DNA of 43,669 bases from Prevotellaceae bacterium (GCA_031254635.1 JAIRUB010000153.1:1-43669), one strand, 5' to 3'. Positions 10,041 to 19,728 are shown, counted from the first letter of the stretch. The notes: generated from the letters alone by a model not told the origin. Program-made: numbers and translations.

Positions 10041-11071
10041 GCGGCATGAAAATTTTCTTAGATAATTATAATCGCTATAAGGCACCCGGATTGGATTTCA
10101 AGAAGGTTAAACAATCGCATATTTTCCCACTGTTAGAAAATTTATCGTTACCTTTCGTTATAGATAAGATAGGGAAATCGTTTGAAAACCGCGATATCTA
10201 CGGCGTTCGTATCGGTAAGGGAGCTACCCGCGTGTTGGCATGGACGCAAATGCACGGCGATGAAAGTACGGCTACCCGTTCGCTTTTCGACTTGTTCCGT
10301 TTTCTCACTGCCGATGATGAACTCAATGCCATACGTTCAGCTATTATGGAAAATCTGTCAATGTTGTTTGTTCCGATGCTCAATCCTGACGGGGCAGAGC
10401 GTTGGCAACGCGAAAATGCACAAGGCATAGACACCAATCGCGACGCACGGCAAGTTGTTACGCCTGAAGCCCAAATTTTACAACAACTTTGCAGAAGTTT
10501 ACAGCCTCATTTTGCTTTCAATCTGCACGACCAGAACAGCTATTATTCGGCAGGCAATACCCGCTATCCTGCTATCTTTTCTTTTTTGGCTGCACCACCT
10601 GATAGTGAAGATACGCTCTATCCAACACGCCTACAGGCCATGCAGTTGATAGGATACACGTATAAGGCGCTACAGAATATTTTGCCGCGACAAATAAGCC
10701 GCTGGAGTAATGACTATGAACCGCGTGCTTTCGGCGAATGGTTTCAATCGCAAAAGGTAGCTACTATATTAGTAGAATCGGGCGGTTACCCTAATGATGA
10801 GGAGCGGTGCCAAGTGCGGCATTTTCATTTCGGCATTTTCATTGAAATGCTGTATGCCATAGCCACTCACGCTTATAACGAAGAACCCATTGAAGCTTAT
10901 TACGCTCTTCCGCTCAATCGTGAAAACGGCATGTTCGATTGCGTTGTTCGACAAACTACCATTACTATTAATGACAAAAGCTTTACTTCTGATATTGGTT
11001 ATCGTGAAAATGGAACGGTAGTCGGCGATTTGAGCGATTATGGAAGCTTTGAGGAGTTGATAAAAAATTGA
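10025..11071 (+). CDS. M14 family zinc carboxypeptidase-like protein
   Basis: 348-aa ORF with the Zn-binding HGDES motif and NPDGAERWQRENAQGIDTNRD, typical of the M14 fold. The start could instead be the ATG at 10046. Confidence 0.78.
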   Translation: MVSKISGMKIFLDNYNRYKAPGLDFKKVKQSHIFPLLENLSLPFVIDKIGKSFENRDIYGVRIGKGATRVLAWTQMHGDESTATRSLFDLFRFLTADDELNAIRSAIMENLSMLFVPMLNPDGAERWQRENAQGIDTNRDARQVVTPEAQILQQLCRSLQPHFAFNLHDQNSYYSAGNTRYPAIFSFLAAPPDSEDTLYPTRLQAMQLIGYTYKALQNILPRQISRWSNDYEPRAFGEWFQSQKVATILVESGGYPNDEERCQVRHFHFGIFIEMLYAIATHAYNEEPIEAYYALPLNRENGMFDCVVRQTTITINDKSFTSDIGYRENGTVVGDLSDYGSFEELIKN

Positions 11072-11129
11072 GAATCGCTCGACTCTTGTTATTGATTTAC
11101 TACTGATGCGTTAAAAATAATCACTAAGT

Positions 11130-12302
11130 ATGAAAGGAACTTTTCTTCTTATTTTTATTGTTACGCTGTTGATTTACAGCGGAATTAATATATATATCCT
11201 TATACGCGGCTGGCAGGCCTTAGAAGCCGTCGGGGCACTTCGGAAAATAGTGATTAGTGTAGCGGTCTTACTGCCTTTATTGTTTATATCGATGTTTTTT
11301 GTGCGGCGGCTTTTTGATAATGTATTAATTGATATGTGCTGGGCTATAGGCGCAGGATGGGTTGCAGCCATGCTGTATTTTCTGATGGCTGTGCTTGCTA
11401 TTGATTTGCTACGGTTGGTGTTGTGGGCTGTGGGAAAAAGTCCAGCTATACATTTTGGAGAACATTACCAGTCTATAAAGTTTTTCTTATTTCTATTCGT
11501 CAATATTGTTGTTGTTGTTGTTCTTTATATTGGCCGTTTTAATGCTACTGTGCCGCAAGTAAACAGCGTGGATATTACCATTGAGAAGGAAGCATCGGGC
11601 CGCGAGAGCCTAAGTGTGGTACTGCTTACCGACTTGCACATAGGCGCTATTAATGGGCATAGCGCTCTGCAACGTTGGATAACTGCTGTGAATAAACTGT
11701 CGCCCGACATAGTGTTGATTGCAGGAGATATTGTAGATGACAGTCCGAAATCAATGGAACGCAGGGAGCTGGGGAAATTATTGGCGCAAATAAATGCTCC
11801 CTTAGGCATTTATTATGCTCAGGGCAACCATGAATTGTATGGCGATTTTCCGCGTACCCTGCGCTACCTACAATCCTGTGGCATCACAGCCTTATTGGAT
11901 ACAACCCTGTTGGTTGATAATAGCTTTTATGTGGTAGGCCGTCTTGACCGTAGCGGAGGAAGAGGTTTTGTAACCAATAAAAAACGTAAAAATTTAGAAG
12001 AATTGTTGGATGGATTAGACCATAGCAAACCGTTCATTCTGCTCGATCATCAGCCTTACGAATTAGACAAAACGGTAGCAGTAGGTGTAGATGTGCAATT
12101 GAGTGGGCATACCCACGGTGGACAATTATGGCCCTTTTCTTTATTCGTCAAACGTATGTATGAGTTAGCCCATGGCTATATGCAGAAAGGCAGCACCCAC
12201 TTTTATGTTTCGGAAGGCTTAGGAAGCTGGGGGCCGTTAATACGTATAGGCACCCGCTCCGAGATTGTGCAGTTGAATATAAGGTTTCTGGTGAAAGAAT
12301 AA
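11130..12302 (+). CDS. membrane-anchored metallophosphoesterase
   Basis: 390-aa ORF with N-terminal TM helices followed by calcineurin-like motifs LTDLHIG, GDIVDD, GNHE and GHTHGGQ. Confidence 0.85.
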   Translation: MKGTFLLIFIVTLLIYSGINIYILIRGWQALEAVGALRKIVISVAVLLPLLFISMFFVRRLFDNVLIDMCWAIGAGWVAAMLYFLMAVLAIDLLRLVLWAVGKSPAIHFGEHYQSIKFFLFLFVNIVVVVVLYIGRFNATVPQVNSVDITIEKEASGRESLSVVLLTDLHIGAINGHSALQRWITAVNKLSPDIVLIAGDIVDDSPKSMERRELGKLLAQINAPLGIYYAQGNHELYGDFPRTLRYLQSCGITALLDTTLLVDNSFYVVGRLDRSGGRGFVTNKKRKNLEELLDGLDHSKPFILLDHQPYELDKTVAVGVDVQLSGHTHGGQLWPFSLFVKRMYELAHGYMQKGSTHFYVSEGLGSWGPLIRIGTRSEIVQLNIRFLVKE

Positions 12303-12319
12303 AGCTGTTGGTGTTTGTT

Positions 12320-12905
12320 GATATACATTCCGGAAGACGGATGCCTTCATTGAACGTCTCAAAACTTATTTTCCTCCGGAGGGTAAAGTGGCGTTAATGT
12401 TTCTTAAGTCATACAGCGGTGCTTCAGACCGTGATTTGATTATACAGTTGAATGCCAACATTCATTATCAACTGTTTTGCGGAATACGCATTCATCCCCT
12501 GAACCCGTTGACTAACTTCAAAAACGGAATCAAGCAGAGATCCTGGTGTTGATGCGCAGCTTGTTGCATTTACTAAGCAAATTAGTTGTGATATTAGATC
12601 ATACAGTCAAAACAAAGCATAACCGGTTAAGATTTCCTGCGCAATCTCATAAGCGATTATCTGTTATTAAGAAGATTTTGCATCAACAAACATCAACAAT
12701 TTTTCCGCCGACGGGTAACACACAAGGAACGCTCTACTCATTTAGAAGGCAGTTTTGGCACTGAAAAACGGTACTATGGCCTTGATAAAATTTATGCCCG
12801 CACAAAATCAACAGAAATTTTGTGGATATTCTTTGGAATACATACTGCCAATGCTATAAGAATGATAGCCAAAGCGGAAAAGTTCAGAGATAAGCAAGCG
12901 GCTTA
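12320..12905 (+). pseudogene. IS5/IS1182-like transposase remnant (frameshifted, internally deleted; approximate boundaries)
   Basis: One frame reads YFPPEGKVALMFLKSYSGASDRDLIIQLNANIHYQLFCGI. A later frame reads KRYYGLDKIYARTKSTEILWIFFGIHTANAIRMIAKAEKFRDKQAA*. Several stops and frame changes separate them. Confidence 0.65.
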
Positions 12906-12919
12906 GTTTCAAAAATTAA

Positions 12920-13095
12920 TCAACAATACCTCCCTTGAGCATATTGCTGCCGAGTTTTTGCAATACTTGCTCGTTGTTCAGGAGTTAAAATATAGATACC
13001 ATTCGCATCTAAGCGTGATTCGAAGAGCCGACGACATTCGTCTTCGCTTAATTCTTCTTTCAAATTCAATTTATCTATGTCTGTGAATTTATTCA
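12920..13095 (-). CDS. small hypothetical protein (58 aa from the internal ATG)
   Basis: MNKFTDIDKLNLKEELSEDECRRLFESRLDANGIYILTPEQRASIAKTRQQYAQGRYC. The longer 92-aa form starts inside a promoter-like module, so the shorter form is preferred. No family recognised. Confidence 0.35.
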
Positions 13096-13265
13096 TGCTG
13101 GCATAGTGGTTTTGTTGTGCCAAGGATGTCCTTGGCATAATCCCCGATAGTTGAGTAGTGGTTTGCATAAAATTAAAGATAACAAATAAAGGTAACAATA
13201 TTTTTTGGATTTGTAAAATTTATTAGGAAAAAAGTGAAGCGTAAAGCGATTTTTTGTCGGTAAAG

Positions 13266-13306
13266 GGTGAAAGTTGGGGAAAACTCCATTTTCTCCTACT
13301 TTCACC
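13266..13306. repeat. palindromic element built from the GTGAAAG repeat vocabulary
   Basis: GGTGAAAGT (13266-13274) is the exact reverse complement of ACTTTCACC (13298-13306). Heptamers GTGAAG CGTAAAG precede it at 13234-13246. Confidence 0.6.
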
Positions 13307-13448
13307 TATCTTCCTCTTTTTTCCCTATTTTCCTCTCGTAACTCGTAATCATTTTAATATGCCTGAATAATAATAAATTGTAATTGCGTTCTTTGCTATC
13401 TGAAATATTTTATATAACTTGCCGTCTATTTAACTTATATATTATCTT

Positions 13449-14960
13449 ATGGAACGACGTGATTTTCTTAAAACCTGTGGTGTAACCTTTGCAGGAGCGG
13501 TATTACTACCCCACCTGCTAAGTTCATGCGGTTCCGGCTCAAAAGAAGGAACAGCCTTGATGCTCTCGCATTTCGGTGTAACGGAAAGCAATCTTAAAAA
13601 AGTAATGGCTGCCGCCCTCGAAAATGGCGGCGATTATGTCGATTTGTTTTTTTTTTTTTTTTTTAGCAATTATCTCACCTTGCGCGATGGGGCTGTTAAC
13701 CGCGCCTCGTCTGATATTGACTTCGGTGTAGGTGTACGTGTGGTAGTAGGCGACCAAACAGGCTACGCATACGTCGAAAATATTACAATGGACGAAATGC
13801 TGAAAGCTGCCCGTACAGCATCGCGTATTGCGACATCCGGTCAAAAAACAAAAAGCATTAATGTAACCGAAAAAACATTTGCCAATTATTATCCTATCGT
13901 GAATTCATGGGAAGATGTATCGGTAAAAGACAAAGCGCCTTATGTGCAAAAACTCAACGACCGATGCTTTGCCTTGGATAACCGTACGAGCAAAGTGATT
14001 GCATCTTTGTCCGATAGCACATCGTATATCCTGTTCTGTAATTCGGAAGGTATATTGTGCCACGACTACCGTCCGATGATATCGCTGTCGGCCTACTGTA
14101 TTATGGAAGATAACGGGAAGATCGAGAACTTCCATTCAACCCGCTCGTTCCGCAAAGGTGTCGAATTTCTTTCCGACGATGTGGTAGAAGTAATTGCCCG
14201 CGAAGCAGTGGAAGGAGCTGCCCGCATGTTCAAAGCTGTGAAGCCGAAAGGCGGCGAACTGCCGGTAGTAATGGCAGCCGGAGGTTCAGGCATCTTACTG
14301 CACGAAGCCATAGGCCATGCCTTCGAGGCTGATTTTAATCGCAAGAATATTTCTATTTTTTCCGATATGTTGAATAAACAAATCTGCGACACAAACATTA
14401 GCATTGTTGACGATGGAACCATTGCCGGTAACCGCGGCGCTATTAACTTTGACGATGAGGGAGTTCACAGCCAAAAAACTCACATCGTAACTAATGGCGT
14501 ACTTACCAGTTATCTACATGACCGCATTAGTGCGCGACACTACGGTATAGAATCTACCGGTAACGGACGACGTGAATCATTCCGCTATGCGCCTATTCCA
14601 CGAATGCGATCTACCTTTATGGAAAACGGCAATTTTGATGAACAGGAAATTATAGCCAGTGTAAAGAAGGGTATTTATGCCGAAACCTTTACTAATGGAC
14701 AAGTTCAAATCGGCGCCGGCGATTTTACATTTTTTGTCAAATCGGGTTATCTGATTGAAAACGGTAAACTCACCCAGCCTATCAAGGATATTAATATCAT
14801 TGGCAATGGACCAAAAGCGCTTGCCGATATCAGCATGGTAGGTAATAATTTAAAACTTGACGATGGTACATGGACTTGCGGTAAAGATGGACAAGGAATG
14901 CCCGTAACGCAAGGACTACCGTCGGCATTAGTCAAGAAACTTACCGTTGGAGGAGAGTAG
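13449..14960 (+). CDS. tldD: TldD family metalloprotease with twin-arginine signal
   Basis: 503-aa ORF with the Tat motif MERRDFLKTCGV. It carries the TldD metal-binding signature HEAIGHAFEADF. Confidence 0.9.
   Translation: MERRDFLKTCGVTFAGAVLLPHLLSSCGSGSKEGTALMLSHFGVTESNLKKVMAAALENGGDYVDLFFFFFFSNYLTLRDGAVNRASSDIDFGVGVRVVVGDQTGYAYVENITMDEMLKAARTASRIATSGQKTKSINVTEKTFANYYPIVNSWEDVSVKDKAPYVQKLNDRCFALDNRTSKVIASLSDSTSYILFCNSEGILCHDYRPMISLSAYCIMEDNGKIENFHSTRSFRKGVEFLSDDVVEVIAREAVEGAARMFKAVKPKGGELPVVMAAGGSGILLHEAIGHAFEADFNRKNISIFSDMLNKQICDTNISIVDDGTIAGNRGAINFDDEGVHSQKTHIVTNGVLTSYLHDRISARHYGIESTGNGRRESFRYAPIPRMRSTFMENGNFDEQEIIASVKKGIYAETFTNGQVQIGAGDFTFFVKSGYLIENGKLTQPIKDINIIGNGPKALADISMVGNNLKLDDGTWTCGKDGQGMPVTQGLPSALVKKLTVGGE
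13647..13664 (+). repeat. T18 homopolymer inside the tldD coding sequence
   Basis: gatttg followed by 18 consecutive T, then agc. Translated in frame as DL-FFFFFF-SNY. Confidence 0.95.
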
Positions 14961-14992
14961 TCCAATTGTTCAACATTTAATATTAGCATTTC

Positions 14993-16312
14993 ATGATAAC
15001 AAAAAAACATAAAGAACTTGCGCAACAAATGATGGAATTTGCCCGCAAGAATGGTTGTTCAGATAACCGCATAAGTGTTGGTGCCGGTACCGAAACAACC
15101 TTTGAATACCGCGACGAGCAATTGGAAAAATTGCAACAGGTCTCAGAAAATAAATTTTCTATTGACATCTTCGTTGATGGCCGTTATGGTACTTACTCTT
15201 CGAACCGGATGGACAAAAAAGAGTTGGAAAAATTTATTCAAAACGCTATTGAATCCACCCGTTACTTAGCACAAGACGAATGCCGCACCTTGCCTAATTC
15301 CGATTTGTATTACAAAGGAACAGATGCTCCCGATGATTGCTTTGATAAAACTATTGACAATTTGCAGCCTGATGAAAAATTGCAATTAGCCAAGGCTAAT
15401 GTGGAAGAAGTGTATAAAACCGACCCGCATATTATTTCGATATCTGCCGGCTATAGCGATTCCTCTAACTTCAATTATCTCATCGATAGCAATGGCTTTG
15501 AAGGCGAAAAAGCGCAAACTTATTTTGGACTCAGCGCCAGTGTGTCGCTTAAAGGTGATGGCGATGCACGGCCGGAATCATGGTGGTATGATGCCTCGCT
15601 GTTTTGGAATAATCTTCAAAAAAACGGCATCGGCAAAAAAGCGTTGGAACGCGCACTGCGCAAACTGGGGCAAGAAAAAATAAAATCGGGTAAATACTCT
15701 ATGGTGGTTGACAATCTTAATGTCTGGAATCTTCTTTCTCCTATTATTTCTGCACTTAACGGTAATTCCTTGTCACAAAAAAATTCATTCCTGATAGATA
15801 AAATCGGTAAAAAAATTACGGCCGACAAGCTTATGCTTATTGACGAGCCACACTTGCCGCAAGCTATGGGTAGTCGTTGGTACGACAATGAAGGTGTAGC
15901 TACTCAAAAACGTGTAGTGATTGAAAACGGCATATTGCGGACTTATTATATTGACACCTACAACGCCAATAAAATGAAAGTGAAACCGACTATTAGCGGC
16001 GCTTCTATTCTTACTTTCAATCAAGGCAGCAAGGATTTGGATGGCTTGATTGGCGATTTGAAGAAGGGCATATTAGTTACAGGTTTCAATGGTGGCAACA
16101 GTAATAGCAGTACCGGCGATTTCTCATTCGGCATTGAAGGTTTTTTGATAGAGAATGGCAAATTAGTTAAGCCCGTTTCCGAAATGAACATTACCGGCAA
16201 CATGCTCAGCTTATGGGAGCGCTTGGCAGCCATAGGCAATGATGCCCGTATCACCTCTTCGTGGCGTACGCCATCATTGGTGTTTGAAGATGTAGCGTTT
16301 AGCGGATTGTAA
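14993..16312 (+). CDS. pmbA: PmbA/TldE family protease partner
   Basis: 439-aa ORF directly downstream of tldD. It shows the TldD/PmbA fold signature (GDFSFGIEGFLIENGK) but has no HExxxH motif. Confidence 0.88.
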   Translation: MITKKHKELAQQMMEFARKNGCSDNRISVGAGTETTFEYRDEQLEKLQQVSENKFSIDIFVDGRYGTYSSNRMDKKELEKFIQNAIESTRYLAQDECRTLPNSDLYYKGTDAPDDCFDKTIDNLQPDEKLQLAKANVEEVYKTDPHIISISAGYSDSSNFNYLIDSNGFEGEKAQTYFGLSASVSLKGDGDARPESWWYDASLFWNNLQKNGIGKKALERALRKLGQEKIKSGKYSMVVDNLNVWNLLSPIISALNGNSLSQKNSFLIDKIGKKITADKLMLIDEPHLPQAMGSRWYDNEGVATQKRVVIENGILRTYYIDTYNANKMKVKPTISGASILTFNQGSKDLDGLIGDLKKGILVTGFNGGNSNSSTGDFSFGIEGFLIENGKLVKPVSEMNITGNMLSLWERLAAIGNDARITSSWRTPSLVFEDVAFSGL

Positions 16313-16340
16313 AATTTTTAAAATATTTTATTCGTAAGTG

Positions 16341-16370
16341 TTTGAGGGATAAGAAAATTTATTATCTTTG
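16341..16370 (+). promoter_or_regulatory. Bacteroidota sigma-A promoter (-33 TTTG / -7 TATCTTTG)
   Basis: TTTG at 16341-16344, an 18-nt spacer, then TATCTTTG at 16363-16370, upstream of the ATG at 16417. Confidence 0.5.
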
Positions 16371-16416
16371 CAAAAAGATTTAGTTGTTTTGGAAAGCCAC
16401 CTTAAAAATCTCCCTT

Positions 16417-18096
16417 ATGACCGTGATAATACGTTATTTTGCTTTGACAGGCTTAGTATTGTTGTTTTTTGCCTGTGGCCGTTATACTGAAGAACATTGG
16501 GCGCGTGAGGCGATGAGCATTGCCGAAACCATTATGGAGCAACAACCCGATAGCGCTTTGTATCTCTTACAATCAATCCCGGATCCTACAGTGTTGCCGG
16601 AAGAGCAACACATGCTTTATCGGCTGCGGCTGTTGCAGGCTAAGGATAAATGTGATAGAGATATTACAGCCGACACTAATATAGTGGAAGTAGCACGTTA
16701 TTTTGAACAGCGAAAAGATTGGCCCCGCGCAGCCTTGGCTGTCTTTTATTATGCGCGGGTATGGGAAGAAAGCAAAGACAGTCAGCAAGCGATGAAAGCC
16801 TATTTGGATGCCGAAACTTATGCTAACCATACCAATGATAATAAATTAAAAGGTATGATACAGCATAATATAGGGTGGGTATATTATAAACAATTAGTCT
16901 TTCAAAAATCCATAGCAGCATATAAAAAAGCAGTAAATTATTTTCAACAGATAGATAGTACCGTTTATCCGTATATGGTGTCTTCCTATCTATCTATTAG
17001 CAGTAATTATATTGCATCAGAGCAATTAGACAGTGCCTTGCTTTACAATGATAGAGGGTTAAGTATAGCAAAACATTATCATGATTTTACGCTCTTATCA
17101 TCTGTTTATCAATGTCGTGCTATCATTTATAGAGAAAAGGGCGAATTGTTGAAAGCAAAAAAATGTTTGGACAAGGTTTTTCAATATTTTCCAAATGAAC
17201 GCTACAAGTCTCAATTACATATTACGCTAATAAAATTCTATAAAGAAACCCGGCAATTTGACACTGCTATTTTTTATGCTAAACAATCACTGCAGCTATT
17301 TGATAGTTTACCTAATAGTGAAAATTTACGTATTATTGTCTATTATTTGCTTTCCAATATGGCACAAGAACAGGGAAATTACAAGGAGGCGCTTTTTTAT
17401 TATACACAATACAGTGACCTCAACATACAAGTTTATCAAGATACTCAGGAGCGATCTGTAGTAGGCCTGCAGGAAAAGTATGAGTTGGAAGTGGTGAAAA
17501 ATGCTCATCAGCAATTATCTATTCAAAATCAACAAAAGACTCGTATGCTGTTATTGTTGTTTATAGCGCTTATTTTGATAAGTTTTGCCTTTTATTATTA
17601 TCACACTAAAAAGAAAACAGCGCTTTTAGCAGTTAAGCAACAATTAGCCCAACTAAAAGTTATGGCTGCTAATTATGACGACAAAGATAAAACGCTAAAA
17701 AGTACGCTAATGCGATCTTTTGATATAGCAAAAAAATTAAGTCTTTTGGAAGCTACGCTTAACCAGGAGGAGAAGAAATATGGGGCAAAATTATTACGCC
17801 GATTCAAAGAAATTGTTTTCGATGCTCCTGATGGTAATTATTGGAAGCGTTTTTATCCTGCAATTGATAATTTTTATAATGGCCGCCTGGATATTTTAAA
17901 ACAGTTTCATCCCTCTTTTGATGAGGCAGAGTTTAAGGTTTGTTGTTTGTGTCTGGCTGATTTTAGAAATGATGAAATGGCTATTTTTATGGACTGCTCA
18001 GAGAGTACTATCCGAGCAAAGAAAACAAGTATTCGGAAGAAAGCAGGTATTGTTCAGGGAGGAGATTTAGCCGAATATTTAATGCAATATTTGTAA
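16417..18096 (+). CDS. transmembrane TPR sensor with C-terminal LuxR-type HTH
   Basis: Preferred start is MTVIIRYFALTGLVLLFFAC (signal/lipobox). TPR-like repeats are followed by one internal TM helix (RMLLLLFIALILISFAFYYY). The C-terminus FKVCCLCLADFRNDEMAIFMDCSESTIRAKKTSIRKK resembles a LuxR/GerE HTH. Confidence 0.7.
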   Translation: MTVIIRYFALTGLVLLFFACGRYTEEHWAREAMSIAETIMEQQPDSALYLLQSIPDPTVLPEEQHMLYRLRLLQAKDKCDRDITADTNIVEVARYFEQRKDWPRAALAVFYYARVWEESKDSQQAMKAYLDAETYANHTNDNKLKGMIQHNIGWVYYKQLVFQKSIAAYKKAVNYFQQIDSTVYPYMVSSYLSISSNYIASEQLDSALLYNDRGLSIAKHYHDFTLLSSVYQCRAIIYREKGELLKAKKCLDKVFQYFPNERYKSQLHITLIKFYKETRQFDTAIFYAKQSLQLFDSLPNSENLRIIVYYLLSNMAQEQGNYKEALFYYTQYSDLNIQVYQDTQERSVVGLQEKYELEVVKNAHQQLSIQNQQKTRMLLLLFIALILISFAFYYYHTKKKTALLAVKQQLAQLKVMAANYDDKDKTLKSTLMRSFDIAKKLSLLEATLNQEEKKYGAKLLRRFKEIVFDAPDGNYWKRFYPAIDNFYNGRLDILKQFHPSFDEAEFKVCCLCLADFRNDEMAIFMDCSESTIRAKKTSIRKKAGIVQGGDLAEYLMQYL

Positions 18097-18211
18097 GGCA
18101 ACTGCTAAATACGTGCTAATTTTTTATATTAAATAATTCATTACTAATATTTTAATGTTTAAAAATGCGCTAATCGGCCGCCAAACCCTTGTTTTTAGTA
18201 TCTTTTACCTT

Positions 18212-18219
18212 TAGCTTTG
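18212..18219 (+). promoter_or_regulatory. -7 box TAGCTTTG
   Basis: TAnnTTTG match 35 nt upstream of the ATG at 18254. Confidence 0.4.
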
Positions 18220-18253
18220 CCTCATTAACTAATCTTAAAAAGACCTTGAAATT

Positions 18254-18610
18254 ATGAAAAAAATTATTTGTAGTTTATTTATGTTTCTACTTCTTTCAAC
18301 TTCTGTTGTTTATGCAGAAGGAAATCCTATTCTTCTAGTTGGTGAAGCACCCATAGGCCCTATCAAGTTTCCTCCTCCAATTAGTGCAGAGCAGGGAGAT
18401 GGAGAGGTACTGGTCTTTTTTAAGGCCAATATCGGATTAATTGACATTTGTGTAAAAAATGCCCAAGGGAATGTTGTTTACCAGATAGTAGTTGATACGG
18501 TTACTACACCGGATCTTATAATAGGCACCACTTCATGGTCTCCTGAAGACTATGTACTTATATTAACTTTTGGAAACGGTACCCGGCTAATCGGAGAGTT
18601 TTCCTTGTAA
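18254..18610 (+). CDS. small secreted protein (possibly DUF3244-like)
   Basis: 118-aa ORF with a signal peptide (LLLSTSVVYA) and a beta-rich body (IDICVKNAQGNVVYQIVVD). The family assignment is from memory only. Confidence 0.55.
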   Translation: MKKIICSLFMFLLLSTSVVYAEGNPILLVGEAPIGPIKFPPPISAEQGDGEVLVFFKANIGLIDICVKNAQGNVVYQIVVDTVTTPDLIIGTTSWSPEDYVLILTFGNGTRLIGEFSL

Positions 18611-18827
18611 CGACGGAACAGGTTTTGTGCAGGGTTAGCCTCCCTGATAACGGGAAGAAAAAAGCCTTCTCACGAAAGAAAGACCTGAAAATGCACACCT
18701 AATGCTACGGAATCTTAATTTGTAAGAAGGCTTTTGCAAAGGTACGCAAAATAAACCAATAACCAAAATCTCCCACAATTGTGTGACAAGTTTGGTATAT
18801 CTGTAAGGTACTTCTATATTGGCGGTT

Positions 18828-18870
18828 GTGTAAAAAAGGAGCATCCATTACGAATGCTCCTTTTTTACAC
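18828..18870 (+). terminator. rho-independent terminator (17-bp perfect inverted repeat)
   Basis: GTGTAAAAAAGGAGCAT - 9-nt loop - ATGCTCCTTTTTTACAC. The GGAGCAT/ATGCTCC core is followed by T6. Confidence 0.7.
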
Positions 18871-18880
18871 AAAAATTGAT

Positions 18881-18888
18881 TATCTTTG
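18881..18888 (+). promoter_or_regulatory. -7 box TATCTTTG
   Basis: Exact TAnnTTTG match 15 nt upstream of the pyrF ATG at 18903. Confidence 0.4.
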
Positions 18889-18902
18889 TTGCTTTAAAGA
18901 CT

Positions 18903-19718
18903 ATGAAACTAATAACATTATATGAGCAAATCCTTTCGAAGCGCAGTTTCTTATGCGTAGGATTAGACTCTGAATTTGCAAAACTTCCTGTACATCTGTA
19001 CAACTCCGCCGAGCCTTTGTTTACTTTCAACAAGGCAATTATTGATGCCACAGCCGCCTATGCCGTTGCCTATAAACCTAATTTAGCCTTTTATGAAGCG
19101 GCAGGCGTTTCCGGATGGCTTCAATTAACAAAAACCGTAGCATACATTCGGCAACATTATCCAAAGATGTTTATTATCGCTGATGCTAAGCGTGGCGACA
19201 TCGGCAATACCTCAAAATTATACGCCGAAGCCTTCTTCAAAAATATGGACGTGGACGCTGTGACACTCTCTCCTTATATGGGGCGCGATACGATAGAACC
19301 CTTCCTTCATTATAAAGAAAAATGGGCAATACTGCTTGCATTGACATCAAATCCATCGGCAGCCGATTTTGAATTAACCGAAGAAGCCGGTACAAGTCGA
19401 AAATTGTATGAGAAGGTAATAGCTACTTCAATGCAATGGGGCTCCGCCGATAACCTGATGTATGTAGTAGGAGCAACCCAAGCCTCCATGTTAGAAAGTA
19501 TCCGGAAAATCATACCTGAGCATTTTCTTTTAATTCCGGGAGTGGGCGAACAAGGCGGCAGTCTTGAAGAAATAGCTAAATATGGTATGAATAAACACTG
19601 CGGTTTGTTGGTTAATTCTTCGCGAGCTATTATTTTTGCCGACAATAGTACACACTTTGCCGAAGTTGCCGGAGTGCAAGCGCGTGAACTGCAGCAGCAA
19701 ATGGGAAAGTTGTTATAA
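18903..19718 (+). CDS. pyrF: orotidine 5'-phosphate decarboxylase (type 2)
   Basis: MKLITLYEQILSKRSFLCVGLDSE..., the IIADAKRGDIGNT active-site block and LLIPGVGEQGG. The start is taken at the internal ATG after the -7 box. Confidence 0.9.
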   Translation: MKLITLYEQILSKRSFLCVGLDSEFAKLPVHLYNSAEPLFTFNKAIIDATAAYAVAYKPNLAFYEAAGVSGWLQLTKTVAYIRQHYPKMFIIADAKRGDIGNTSKLYAEAFFKNMDVDAVTLSPYMGRDTIEPFLHYKEKWAILLALTSNPSAADFELTEEAGTSRKLYEKVIATSMQWGSADNLMYVVGATQASMLESIRKIIPEHFLLIPGVGEQGGSLEEIAKYGMNKHCGLLVNSSRAIIFADNSTHFAEVAGVQARELQQQMGKLL

Positions 19719-19728
19719 CTCGGAACTA

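Noticed and set aside
18635-19051. Two minus-strand ORFs (69 and 67 aa) between the small secreted protein gene and pyrF.
   Set aside because: They run through the bidirectional terminator palindrome and the pyrF promoter and 5' end. No signal, domain or coding-like composition was seen.
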